Source: Candidatus Poribacteria bacterium
Lineage (GTDB): Bacteria; Poribacteria; WGA-4E; JAJDTR01
Reading direction: 5' to 3'
NCBI GenBank assembly: GCA_965222225.1
Contig: CBDCTK010000002.1
Coordinates: 2,528,001-2,592,000 of the forward strand
Length of the DNA: 64,000 nucleotides
Part shown: positions 30,897 to 40,930 of the stretch, piece after piece
How positions within the stretch are numbered: position 1 is the stretch's first letter
Layout: the number at the start of each line of letters is the position of its first letter
Notes under the pieces: generated by a model
Told to the model about the DNA's origin: nothing
The model's database searches: none
Seen by the model: only the letters and a program-made list of their open reading frames with translations
Position numbers and translations under genes: made by a program

Positions 30897-32495
30897 ATGA
30901 AAACGGTACAGTTTATCCTCATCAGTCTGGTGCTGGGTATTGGACTGGGGTCCATAAGTCACTCCGCCGACGAGGAAGTCATGCTTATCGCCGACGAAGG
31001 CGAAGGGCAAAACCAGATGTGCGCTGATGTTTTCAGGAACTCTGTAATCGTCGGCGTACATTCGAATGTCGGCTTGGCCAAAATCTACGTGCGCGATGGC
31101 AAAAAGTGGAAAGAGCGGGCGGAACTGACTGCCAAAATTGGCGCAGCTGCCGTAGCTGATAATTTTGGCTTTTCGGTCGCGATAAACGGTCCCCGCGTGC
31201 GGGGCGCCGCGAACATTGCTATTGTCGGGGCACCGCAGCACGATGGTGCTGGTGATGACTCCGGCGCAGCTTATATCTTCTCGCGCAGCGGAGACTCCTG
31301 GAAGCGGGCGAAACTTGTCGCTGATGACGCAGCAGCAGTAGACACTTTCGGATATGCCGTGTCCATTGACCGAAACACTGCCATCGTTGGGTCACCAAAG
31401 CACGATGCTGCCGGCAGCAACTCGGGTGCAGCCTATATTTTCGCCGGTGATGATTCTTGGAACCAGCAGGCGAAGCTCGTCCCCAAAGATTTAGAGGGAA
31501 GAGACACCTTCGGAACGTCTGTCTTCGTTCGTGAGCGCACCGCTGTCGTCGGGGCACCGGCGCACACACATAGTGGCATAAAATCCGCCGGCGCTGCCTA
31601 CGTCTTCGTGCGCGAGGGGGAGACGTGGAGAGAACAAGCCAAACTCACACCCGACGACGCTGCACAGAGAGACCGTTTCGGACATTCTGTCGCTATGAGT
31701 ATGAGTAGCGACACCATCATCGTTGGGGCGCCATTCCATGATACTGAGCGCGGAGTGGATGCTGGTGCCGCCTATATCTTCGCGCTCGTTGGGGACACCT
31801 GGAAGCAGCAGGCGAAGCTGATGATCAAAAGCGCACGGGAAGGCGATCAGCTCGGATCTGGTGTCGCCACCACCGGGAAAATTGCCATTCTTGGGGCTAA
31901 GGGCCGCGATGAAGGCGACGTGGCTTCAGGTGCCGCCTATGCCTTTGTGCGTGTTGACGGGGTCTGGGAGGAGAGAGAACAGGTTACGCCCCTCGTTCCG
32001 ATAAAGCAGGGGTTTTTTGGCTTTTGGGTGGCTATGAGCGAGAATACTGTCGTTATCTCCGCTCATATCTGGCCCAGGCCCTTAGCGCACGAGCGGGCTG
32101 ACGGCGCAGCGGCGTTTGTCTATAATAGTATAGAAGATTTCGGCACGCCCCCTTTTGCCGTCGAACCGTTTGGATTGAGACTAACGACGTTAGGGCAGGT
32201 CAAGCGCACGGCGCTTTATCAAAACTTCCCGAATCCATTTAACCCAGAGACCTGGATGCCGTATCGGTTAGTGGTTGAAGCTCCGGTGACCTTTCGCATT
32301 TACAACGTCCAGGGGCAACTGACCCGCGAGTTGAATCTCGGGACCCAAAAATCGGGCGGTTATCTAACACGACAAACCGCCGCCTATTGGGACGGCAGAG
32401 ACGGAGTCGGAGAGACGGTTTCCAGCGGTGTCTATTTCTACACTCTCCAGGCTGGCCCATTCCAGGCAACCCGACGCATGCTCATTTTGAAATAG
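30897..32495 (+). CDS. Secreted FG-GAP repeat protein with FlgD/T9SS-like C-terminal domain
   Basis: Repeats FG.SV...IVGAP...GAAYIF..W.QQAKL; C-terminal domain QNFPNPFNPETW...WDGRD..GE.VSSGVYFY. Confidence 0.92.
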   Translation: MKTVQFILISLVLGIGLGSISHSADEEVMLIADEGEGQNQMCADVFRNSVIVGVHSNVGLAKIYVRDGKKWKERAELTAKIGAAAVADNFGFSVAINGPRVRGAANIAIVGAPQHDGAGDDSGAAYIFSRSGDSWKRAKLVADDAAAVDTFGYAVSIDRNTAIVGSPKHDAAGSNSGAAYIFAGDDSWNQQAKLVPKDLEGRDTFGTSVFVRERTAVVGAPAHTHSGIKSAGAAYVFVREGETWREQAKLTPDDAAQRDRFGHSVAMSMSSDTIIVGAPFHDTERGVDAGAAYIFALVGDTWKQQAKLMIKSAREGDQLGSGVATTGKIAILGAKGRDEGDVASGAAYAFVRVDGVWEEREQVTPLVPIKQGFFGFWVAMSENTVVISAHIWPRPLAHERADGAAAFVYNSIEDFGTPPFAVEPFGLRLTTLGQVKRTALYQNFPNPFNPETWMPYRLVVEAPVTFRIYNVQGQLTRELNLGTQKSGGYLTRQTAAYWDGRDGVGETVSSGVYFYTLQAGPFQATRRMLILK

Positions 32496-32498
32496 CCT

Positions 32499-32908
32499 GT
32501 GCGTTTCGGAGTATGTCAATGCAATGTAGGTTCAATTCCTACTATGCGAGCCACCTCGTATAAGTCTAATCCTAACTGCAATATTGGAAACGATGTTGTG
32601 GGAAGCAAGGAGACAAGGCGCATAGCCCGATGTAGGACGGTAGACATTAAGTTGCTACGTCCGACTACGATGATAAGGTTAGGGGAAACCCAAACAGATT
32701 GTCTGAAGCCTCGAAGGAAACCGTCTGAGACCTCAAGTTACTCCCAAGCGTTAAGCTAGGAAGCCGTCTATGAGGGAAACCACACCACATGGAGATTGTT
32801 GGGATACTATGCTATTATCTCAACAGGTGGTAGTTCAAGGCACGGGGTAAAGATCTGAACCTAAGTTATCGGTGAAGTGGATTGACAGAGAACCGAAAAG
32901 TCCCTAAG
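32499..32908 (+). ncRNA. 5' portion (domain I) of a group II intron, CL/IIB-like, truncated
   Basis: Starts GTGCGTTTCGG 3 nt after a stop codon; GTAGGTTCAATTCCTAC hairpin and GAACCGAAAAGTCC; no D5 or D6 seen. Confidence 0.65.
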
Positions 32909-33065
32909 TTATCTCCATCATATTCGGCGGGTTGCTGGGAGGCCATCGCGGCCTGAAGGGTTTCGAAAGGGGCCTTGGCTTCTTCCAAGGTTAAGCCAAT
33001 TTCATGGTCAAAGTCAGCCACGAGGCAGTGCTCTCAATAGATTAACTCATGTGCATCGGCAGTGA
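32909..33065 (-). pseudogene. ISKra4-family transposase N-terminal remnant
   Basis: Manual translation EIGLTLEEAKAPFETLQAAMASQQ. Confidence 0.45.
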
Positions 33066-33134
33066 ATCTTACGGCAGAAGCTAAGGCAGCACTCTTACGA
33101 GTTCGGCTACGGCTGGACTTTCTGAGAAAGCGCG

Positions 33135-34109
33135 TTACGTCATCACCCGACCAACAGCCGCGGTAATATTAGAGACCTCGGGCACAACATGCTTGACGAG
33201 TTCGGAACTGAATGGCATGGGCACATGGGGGCTGCCAACTCGAATGACCGGCGCCTTGAGCGCTTCAAAACAGTTTTCACCAATCATCGCTGCTATCTCG
33301 GAGACCCCCCCGGCGAAACTGGAATCCTCTCCACAAGCCACAGCGTGGCCAGTGCGCCGAACCGACTCGCAAATCGTCTCAGTATCCAGCGGTGAGAGGC
33401 TCCTCACATCAATGACCTCGACATCGTAACCATCGTCCTCTAGCAGCACAGCCGCTTCCTCTGACTTCTGCACCATCGGGCCGATAGCGACAACGGTAAC
33501 GTCCTCTCCGTCGCGAGTGATTTTGGCCTGGCCGATCGGTATGATGTGCTCACCTTCAGGCACCTCACCTTTGGAAGCATAAACCCGTTTGTACTCGAAA
33601 AATAGCACCGGGTCAGAGCTGCGTAGCGCACTCTTGAGCAGCCCCTTGGCGTCGCTAGGCGTCGAAGGCACGACGACCTGCAGGCCAGGAACGTGCATGA
33701 ACCACGATTCCATAATCTGTGAGTGCTGTGCAGCGAGCAACCAACCAACCCCACACGGCAGACGAAGGACCATGGGCACACTGGCTTGACCGCCCGTCAT
33801 GTAGCGCATTTTTGCCGCCTGGTTGACAACTTCGTCCATAGCGCAAGCCACGAAGTCCAGGTACATAATCTCGACCACTGGGTTCATACCCGCCATAGCG
33901 GCACCAACCCCCACGCCGACAATCCCCGCTTCTGCGATTGGTGTTTCAAGAATCCGTCCCGGGAAACGCTCCGCAATACCCTGTGTCACCTTATAAGATC
34001 CGCCGTGCGTAATGACATCTTCACCCATGACGAATATCGTCTCGTCACGTTCCATCTCCTCATGCAACGCCTCGCGCAAGGCTTCGGAGAAAGTCATCGT
34101 TTTCATCAT
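33135..34109 (-). CDS. 2-oxoacid/acetoin dehydrogenase E1 beta subunit
   Basis: MGEDV, ETPIAEAG, AQHSQ, PSTPSDAKGLL, EVIDVRSLSPLD. Confidence 0.93.
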   Translation of the reverse strand: MMKTMTFSEALREALHEEMERDETIFVMGEDVITHGGSYKVTQGIAERFPGRILETPIAEAGIVGVGVGAAMAGMNPVVEIMYLDFVACAMDEVVNQAAKMRYMTGGQASVPMVLRLPCGVGWLLAAQHSQIMESWFMHVPGLQVVVPSTPSDAKGLLKSALRSSDPVLFFEYKRVYASKGEVPEGEHIIPIGQAKITRDGEDVTVVAIGPMVQKSEEAAVLLEDDGYDVEVIDVRSLSPLDTETICESVRRTGHAVACGEDSSFAGGVSEIAAMIGENCFEALKAPVIRVGSPHVPMPFSSELVKHVVPEVSNITAAVGRVMT

Positions 34110-34245
34110 GCCACCTCCTGTCGGGGAGCGAGGACATCCGTGGTGACGTTCTCAGGCGTCGGGAACGGACTCTCCTCAGCAAATTTTACGGCCTTGGCGA
34201 TTTCATCCTTGACCTCGTCCTGGATCTTCGTATCCTCATTGAACC
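34106..34245 (-). pseudogene. C-terminal remnant of an E1 alpha subunit
   Basis: AKAVKFAEESPFPTPENVTTDV, overlapping the beta start. Confidence 0.7.
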
Positions 34246-34314
34246 CATAGTCGAATATCACTTTCTAGCCTGTAGTTATGGATTTCGTCCGAAGCGAAGT
34301 TGTCAAGATGGGGG

Positions 34315-34589
34315 CTGTAAAGGTTTTGGCAAAATGGGATTATGTAGTACTACATAATCGGTGATAAAGTCAGTGGGAACTGCATTCGTCACCTCGTGTG
34401 AACACACTGAAAGCGGGGAGAAAGGCTGCCGGTGAACGGGGGTTCTCCCCCGCACCTCAGCTTACCTGCCGCTCTGCTTGTCAGCGCTTGGCATTTCTGG
34501 GTGCGAATCGTGTTCTCATGCGGGTTTATCGTTCATTTAGTGATAGTACGCAATGCCTCTTTTCTTAGCTCCTTGTCAAAACTTTACAG
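34315..34589. mobile_element. MITE
   Basis: CTGTAAAGGTTTTGGCAA and TTGTCAAAACTTTACAG inverted ends; a related end occurs near 23262. Confidence 0.65.
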
Positions 34590-34929
34590 AGTGGCTTGAC
34601 ATTAACATGTCGGATATGCTAAAATATCCAAGCTTTTATCAAGAATTCCAAGACACAATAACCTGAGTTGGCGAGGTTGTTCGACAGGTATTGGATTGAG
34701 AATCTTATTCCGTTATATCTCAGCGAGTGAATCAATGAGGAATCGAGATGAAAGTAACCGGGAACGCATTTCGTGCCGACTCGGTAGAGGGTATCGCAGT
34801 TTGCCCAAAGTGGCTTTTCTTAGCTGCTTTCGAGAGTAAAGATTTTATTGGAACTATGTTAAGTGAATGTTGTAGAGTAAATCAACGATCGATGCGGTGT
34901 TTGATGACACCTAATAGGAGGAAAATTAG

Positions 34930-35805
34930 ATGAAGGTCAAATTTTTGCTGATTGGTGTAATTGTCACTCTTGGCATGTTGGCTGGCTCAAATTATGCTGA
35001 GATAGATCCTTCCTGGATTGTGGGCATCTGGACGTTTGATGAGGGTTCTGGTGAAGAAGCCAGGGATGTTTCTGGAAATGGGCATGATGGGAAAGTTCCG
35101 GGCGATGTCAAATGGGTTGATGGGCCCTTTGGCACGGCTCTGGAGTTTGACGGGAGCCCCATTCCTGACGCGGGCGGCGATTCTTTTTTAGACGGGAGCG
35201 TGGTTGAAGTTCCGTATCATGATGACTTGAACCTGAGAGATGTTTACAGCTTGGCCGCCTGGGTGAAAGTCGATCCGGAAAATGCTTGCTGTGATCGCAA
35301 TCCTGAACCGTGGGGCGGTATTATTGTCAAAAGAAATCATGTCCACGATCCAGCGTCTGGCGGCGAAAGAAATTGGGGGCATTGGGGATTATGGGTTGGT
35401 GCTGCGGACCAAGGTTCAGTGGTCTTGTGGGGAAATATGGCAGGGCCCGGCGAAATTAATCAGTGGTGGATAGCAAAGAGTAACCTTGCCGATGGAGAAT
35501 GGCATCACATCGCTGCCGTGTGGGACCGATTTGAATTAATATTTTATGTAGATGGAGTGGATGATACGAGCGAAGATGGTAACGTAAGCGGCGACGCGAT
35601 GGGCGTCATCGAACAACCGCTTACCATCGGCGGTGACCTAAATGACCATTATTTCAGCGGCGCCATTGATGAGGCGGCAATTTTCAGTGAGCCGTTGAGC
35701 GAGGGTGATATCCAGGACGTTATGGGGGGACTGGGGCAGTATGCGACCGCTGTTGATTCTTATGGGAAACTCGCCGTCACCTGGGCAAGCATCAAAGCCC
35801 AGTGA
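34930..35805 (+). CDS. Secreted LamG-like jellyroll protein with C-terminal KLAVTWASIK motif
   Basis: Signal peptide, WTFDEGSG, WHHIAAVWD, FSGAIDEAAIF. Confidence 0.92.
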   Translation: MKVKFLLIGVIVTLGMLAGSNYAEIDPSWIVGIWTFDEGSGEEARDVSGNGHDGKVPGDVKWVDGPFGTALEFDGSPIPDAGGDSFLDGSVVEVPYHDDLNLRDVYSLAAWVKVDPENACCDRNPEPWGGIIVKRNHVHDPASGGERNWGHWGLWVGAADQGSVVLWGNMAGPGEINQWWIAKSNLADGEWHHIAAVWDRFELIFYVDGVDDTSEDGNVSGDAMGVIEQPLTIGGDLNDHYFSGAIDEAAIFSEPLSEGDIQDVMGGLGQYATAVDSYGKLAVTWASIKAQ

Positions 35806-35961
35806 AAATATAGATATTTAAGGAGCTGAAGCTGTTGTAATATGGTATTCGAAACAACTCAAGCGTTAGACCTAACTGAAACGACACGTTTTTGATGCGG
35901 GTTGCCAATGTCGTCGAGCCCAGTGGTGTCGGTCACATGATTTCGAACCGCCCGATTTTAA

Positions 35962-36705
35962 TCATGCGAAAGCTGGGCTTGCTCGGTTAGCATCAGTGAA
36001 TGTTTGCGCGATTGCCGCTATTTCTGGGCTTCCCGATACCTGGCACTGATGAACGAATGAGAATTTCATCTGCCCCGCTGAGTGATAGTTTTGTCCTCGT
36101 CGGGGCTTTTTTCTGCCTGCCAACAGACGACTCCCCCAGAAGTATTGGCGTTCTGTCTTCTTCGGCGGTGTATATCTGATACAGAAGTAACGGTAGCGTG
36201 CGGCGCATTCATCGAGTGTGTTCCCTATCGAAAAGAACGCCGGGTGCCACTGTGTCAGTCCATCGTCGGTCAATCGGTCGTAGGTTCCGTAATTTGAGAA
36301 CGTGTAGAAAAATCCTTCTCGTATGCCTGCCGCTTTGGGGTTGGCGTGGATATAGCGCAAGGTATTGAGCGCACGTTGCTTGTCGTCTTTGTGGAATCCT
36401 GTGCTGTGATACCGTTGTTCCCAGAAATGCCCCTTTCGGTTGAGCATGCGGTTGAAGCACATCGCCGTGTACCAGTTGAGCCAGTGCATGATTTGGGGCA
36501 AATCCAAAGGGGCTTTGGGTTCAATCAGGTAGTGGATGTGGTTACTCATGATGCAAAAAAAGCCGTACTTCTCCTGAGCCCTTTTTATCGCGTACAGCAG
36601 CACCTCTCGGCACTCTTGGGACGTCAGGTGAAATTCACGGTTGTTGCAGCGAACGGTCACATGGTAGCAGTAATCAGGTTGCAAGTCTCGCTTTGGACGT
36701 GGCAT
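35962..36705 (-). CDS. REP-associated tyrosine transposase (RAYT, HUH Y1 family)
   Basis: YHVTVRCNNR, MSNHIH (HUH), GHFWEQRY, YIHANP. Confidence 0.9.
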   Translation of the reverse strand: MPRPKRDLQPDYCYHVTVRCNNREFHLTSQECREVLLYAIKRAQEKYGFFCIMSNHIHYLIEPKAPLDLPQIMHWLNWYTAMCFNRMLNRKGHFWEQRYHSTGFHKDDKQRALNTLRYIHANPKAAGIREGFFYTFSNYGTYDRLTDDGLTQWHPAFFSIGNTLDECAARYRYFCIRYTPPKKTERQYFWGSRLLAGRKKPRRGQNYHSAGQMKFSFVHQCQVSGSPEIAAIAQTFTDANRASPAFA

Positions 36706-36861
36706 CTGTTGACCTCCCTCTCTTGTGGGTTGTGGCTAGCTGAGTCCTCCATTCCTTGAACCCCCAAGGCGGTGTTGAGCGTTTGTTGCTGGCGAAATTA
36801 TAACATCTGTTAAAAAATCGGGGTATTTCTGCCCCGTTCCGAGTGGTCGCAGTCGCCAAAA

Positions 36862-37430
36862 TTGGAATTGGGTGTAACTCCTGTGACTCTCGACGCGATT
36901 GACCGAGTCGCGTCTGCGCACCCGAAGTACAAAAAGGGGGATACTTTCGGACCGGGGAATATCGTAGAACGCGATCCGGTGTTCACGGAGCTGATCGATC
37001 ACCCGAGGCATGTTGGATTTGAATATGATCTCTTTGGCGAACTACTCAAACTGCATCAAAGTCAGTTCTCCCTGCGTCCGCCCGGCGGCATACACTATAA
37101 TATCCGAGCGCTGCCCTATGGCGTATTTTCGCCGAAACTGCCGCTCCAGATCAAAATTGGCTACTAGCTGACCGATCTGCCGCATGAAAAAATGGGCAAC
37201 CTGGTGGTGTTGCCGGGGAGTCACCGACAACAGTAGTAGATGCCTACGACACCCACGAGAGCGTCCGCGGTGAGAAGGTTGTATGCGTGGGCAAGGGGAC
37301 GATGACCGTTATGCACTCCAGCATCTGGCACCGCGTTGAGCCCAACGATCGCGATGTCACGCGCTATAATATATTCACCGCTTACTGTCCATCTTGGGTG
37401 ACGCCGTCGGATCGCTTTCACACAGCATAG
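36862..37430 (+). pseudogene. PhyH family pseudogene
   Basis: FTELIDHP, QIKIGY*LTDL, VVLPGSH; several stops. Confidence 0.75.
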
Positions 37431-37434
37431 GCTC

Positions 37435-38172
37435 TTAGCGTTTCTCCAAACCAAACGACGCCAAAGTATCTGGAATGAGCGCACAGTGCTCGCCCAACCG
37501 CTCGCGGATATCCTGCGTCAAAGAGCCTGCAATTTCATATTGAGGCGCAGTGTTTGGACAACTGTATCCCATGTGGATGACACACCTGGGCGATTTTGAA
37601 TAGTTTGCACATCCTCCATGCCAGATGTCACCGTGAAGGAAAATTCCAGTTCCAGCCGTGCAGGTCACGTAGATTTCTCCAGCAACTGCCGCTTTGGGAT
37701 CGTCCAGAACATCTCGGGGCCAAGGTTTTTTATGCGAGCCCGGCACAAGGCGAGTCGCACCGTTTTCTTCTGTCATGTCATCAAGTGCCCACACCACATT
37801 GAGGTATGCAGTACAATTCTTAAAGAACGATCGATCGGCATGGATCGCCTGATGAGGACGCGGATCACCAGGCATAGGATCGTGAAAATTCATAGCCTGC
37901 CAGCGCATATCATCTCCAATCACCAGCCTGGCCATTTCCAATGCAATCGGCTCGATTGCCAGCTCTTCTAGGACGCGACCTTTGCCAATGAGATTGCACA
38001 ATCTGCGAGCTCCCGGAAAGTTAGCTCCTTCTGACCCTGCCTTTTCGCCCTCCAGATCATATCTCTTTTCCAGGGTATCTCTCAACGCTGCCAATCGTTG
38101 CACAGATAGCACATGTTCAACGATCAAATGACCGTGTTTTTGAAAAAAATCCCATTGTTGCACAGAAATCAT
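37435..38172 (-). CDS. PhyH family dioxygenase
   Basis: IHAD, ENGATRLVPGSH, GDIWHGG. Confidence 0.92.
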   Translation of the reverse strand: MISVQQWDFFQKHGHLIVEHVLSVQRLAALRDTLEKRYDLEGEKAGSEGANFPGARRLCNLIGKGRVLEELAIEPIALEMARLVIGDDMRWQAMNFHDPMPGDPRPHQAIHADRSFFKNCTAYLNVVWALDDMTEENGATRLVPGSHKKPWPRDVLDDPKAAVAGEIYVTCTAGTGIFLHGDIWHGGCANYSKSPRCVIHMGYSCPNTAPQYEIAGSLTQDIRERLGEHCALIPDTLASFGLEKR

Positions 38173-38230
38173 AATCTGGGTTTGAGCTGTTTTTTGTGCC
38201 CAAGATGCCGAGGTTTGATGTTTACTTCAC

Positions 38231-38869
38231 CTAAAAGCGGTAGCCGGCTGTAATGATAAAGGTGGGAACAACCGACGCCGCTCCGCCTGGTGGAGCGAAA
38301 GTTACAATGACTGGTAATTCAACACGGATGTCCAATGCACTCTTAAAAGTTCGTCCAATTCCAAGATTGAATACAGTACCGCCAGTAGAACCTTCTTCTG
38401 ATTGTATACTACCTCCACCAGGCAGGAGTGCACCTAAGCTTTCGTCAGTAGGGCTTCTTTCTTCCCACTCCACATTTATGCTGCCTAGTCCTATCCCTGC
38501 CACGAAGAATAGCCTGGGTTTGCCGGGCGAATAATTAATCAGATAGTTTGCCATCATACCAAACACGAATGTATCGGTTTTCTCCTTGTAAATGTGTATC
38601 CCTTCAGTGCTCTCTTCTTCGAAGCTGCCACTGAAGAATAGTATACCTAACTCTAGAGCATTGCTCTGCAAGTCGATTAGATAATTACCGCCAATGCCGT
38701 ACGCCAGCCCCCCGCTGATGTCTGTCCCAACCCCACCGCGAATTCCGATTTTTGCAGATTCCATCGAAGGGTCCACCTGGGCGATGCTAACTGTCGAAAC
38801 GCTCAAGACCATGACCAGGATTAAAGCCAATATCCAGATATGTCCTTGCTTTGTATCTCGTACTTTCAT
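38231..38869 (-). CDS. Outer-membrane beta-barrel protein
   Basis: Signal peptide, amphipathic strands, terminal GYRF. Confidence 0.75.
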   Translation of the reverse strand: MKVRDTKQGHIWILALILVMVLSVSTVSIAQVDPSMESAKIGIRGGVGTDISGGLAYGIGGNYLIDLQSNALELGILFFSGSFEEESTEGIHIYKEKTDTFVFGMMANYLINYSPGKPRLFFVAGIGLGSINVEWEERSPTDESLGALLPGGGSIQSEEGSTGGTVFNLGIGRTFKSALDIRVELPVIVTFAPPGGAASVVPTFIITAGYRF

Positions 38870-39044
38870 GGTTGTTGTTTTCCTTATGGGGGTGACGGAA
38901 TGGTATGTGCGACCAGATAAGGGTACAAACTAAAATAGTGTAATGATACCCCCTGAGACTCAACTACTTTGATGCTTTGAGACGTTCCCCGTTTTCTTCG
39001 ATGCTCGCCCCATGGAGTTGGTAGTCCCGGGAGTTCACAATTCT

Positions 39045-40277
39045 TCAATTCGCAGAGGCTGTTTCCCGAAATGCTGGATAGTAAGGCATCTCCTCAACAT
39101 CTGGCCAGCGCTTACACAGTTGACTCACAACCTGACGAGCAGTTTCGCCGACCATTTCCAGGCATTCGTACCTTTCTGTCACCTGTGCGAAAATCTCGAA
39201 CCGTAGAACAATGCGTTGTCGCACTGTAGCGATACCCCATTCCTGATCTCGTTCCAAAATACCAGGCATCGACCAATTACAGAATGTTTCACATACCCAA
39301 TAAGCACACGCTCCAACGACTGCTTGGTAGAACAAAGTATCGTCGGCAGCTTGTGGACAGCCCTTGATTAATTCTGTGCGATAGGCTGCTTCTGCTCTCA
39401 GCGCGATAGTTTCAGGGATGCGATTGACACACCAACAGCTAGGAAAGTGAATACGCGGATAGACACCATCTTGTAATGCGTTGCCAAACCGCCCGTGCTC
39501 GAAGTCGAGCAGCCGCAAGTCAGAGCCAACCCAATGACAGTTATCAGGGCAGGGATCTGAGTGGATATAGGTGTAAAATGGACTTGACTCGGTAAGATTA
39601 GGCAAGACTGTCATGATTTCGTCTCCAAAGCCCGAAGGTAAGGAAACATTAATGGATTTCAGGCACTCGTCTATCCCGTTGAGGAATTTGGAGGCCTGTT
39701 CTGTCATTGATTCAGAGGACTCTCTTACCGCGCCGAGCGCTTGACGTAGTTCGTCATATCTTGACTTTTGACCAATAGTCTGGGCGTGCATCCGTCCAAC
39801 GGTGCTAGAAAGCGCAATCAGTGTTTCTTCAGCGGGAACTGGATCATCAGCCAGCAACAGATGGTCTAAGCGCTTACCCGTTCCAAAATCCTCCATCACG
39901 ATGAAACCTGCCCCTCGACTCCCGCCATAGAATTTTGGTGCAGGCAGTGTTCCCTGGCAGGCTTCTGTTAAGAGCTGTAATCCAGCCCACTCGTTAAAGA
40001 GCATTGATGCGGGACCTCTTAGCGCATCCGGCTCATACGTCTCCTGACCGGGACCGCGATTCGGTGACTGTTTTAAGATAACCGTTTGAGGTACTTCCAA
40101 GGGGCCATGGACTACATTCAGCCGGTGAACGTACGAGCGACCACTTAGACCGTCAGTCTCACCAACCTGCAGTTGGACCTCACCGCCAAATGACTCGGCG
40201 AGCATCTGCTCGGCAATGGAGATGTCTTCTGCCAATTTCTGTTCTGGCGCCTTCAACATTGGGGGAACTCCTTTCAA
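39045..40277 (-). CDS. Phosphotransferase (APH/choline kinase-like fold)
   Basis: VMED, HSDPCPDN, LLDFE. Confidence 0.8.
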   Translation of the reverse strand: MKGVPPMLKAPEQKLAEDISIAEQMLAESFGGEVQLQVGETDGLSGRSYVHRLNVVHGPLEVPQTVILKQSPNRGPGQETYEPDALRGPASMLFNEWAGLQLLTEACQGTLPAPKFYGGSRGAGFIVMEDFGTGKRLDHLLLADDPVPAEETLIALSSTVGRMHAQTIGQKSRYDELRQALGAVRESSESMTEQASKFLNGIDECLKSINVSLPSGFGDEIMTVLPNLTESSPFYTYIHSDPCPDNCHWVGSDLRLLDFEHGRFGNALQDGVYPRIHFPSCWCVNRIPETIALRAEAAYRTELIKGCPQAADDTLFYQAVVGACAYWVCETFCNWSMPGILERDQEWGIATVRQRIVLRFEIFAQVTERYECLEMVGETARQVVSQLCKRWPDVEEMPYYPAFRETASAN

Positions 40278-40874
40278 GGAAGTCCAGTTGTTGCATTATA
40301 CCATACCTGCAACGCTAGTAGAACTAAAGATATTGGCGAACCCCCTCTCGTGGGCATCAAGACAGTACGAAATAATGCCTAGAAAGCAAAACCCCAGTGT
40401 GGCGCACACCGGGGCTGGGTGAAAAACAGGAATAGACCTGAGTTCTAGCTTTAATCCATTTTCTAGAACTTGTATAAATGGCCGAAACGGCCAGCAAGAG
40501 ACTTTCCTGTTTATCCACCATTTTTTTCACGAAATCTAGAACTGGACGGCATGTAGGCATACCTCTCCGCCAGAAATGCTTGTGGTTATTGGGTTTGTGG
40601 GATTGTATGAGTTCTAGAAAATAGGGGTTTGTTGGAACTCAAAGCGCTTTTGATATTTTCATTTATCTTCCATCACCCACCAAGGATTTCTACCATTCGC
40701 TATACACGCCTGCCAATTTAATAAACGACGGTTTGATGGATACAAAAAACGGCTCAAACCCAGGATTTAATTGGATTCAAGCCGTTTTGAAAAATGCTTA
40801 CTAAATGGGAGCTTATCGAGTGTCCTTTATTTCTTCCCGTGCTGTAGCGAGCTTATTCTGTTACCATATTCGCC

Positions 40875-40930
40875 ACCTAACGTTACAGTTCACCGGCGCC
40901 CTTGGCGTCCGGTGAAACCGATGGTTGGGC
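40875..40930 (-). other. Integron attC-like site
   Basis: Minus strand GCCCAAC-CATCGGTTTCACCGGACGCC...GCGCCGGTGAACTG-TAAC-GTTAGGT, overlapping the epimerase stop codon. Confidence 0.75.
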
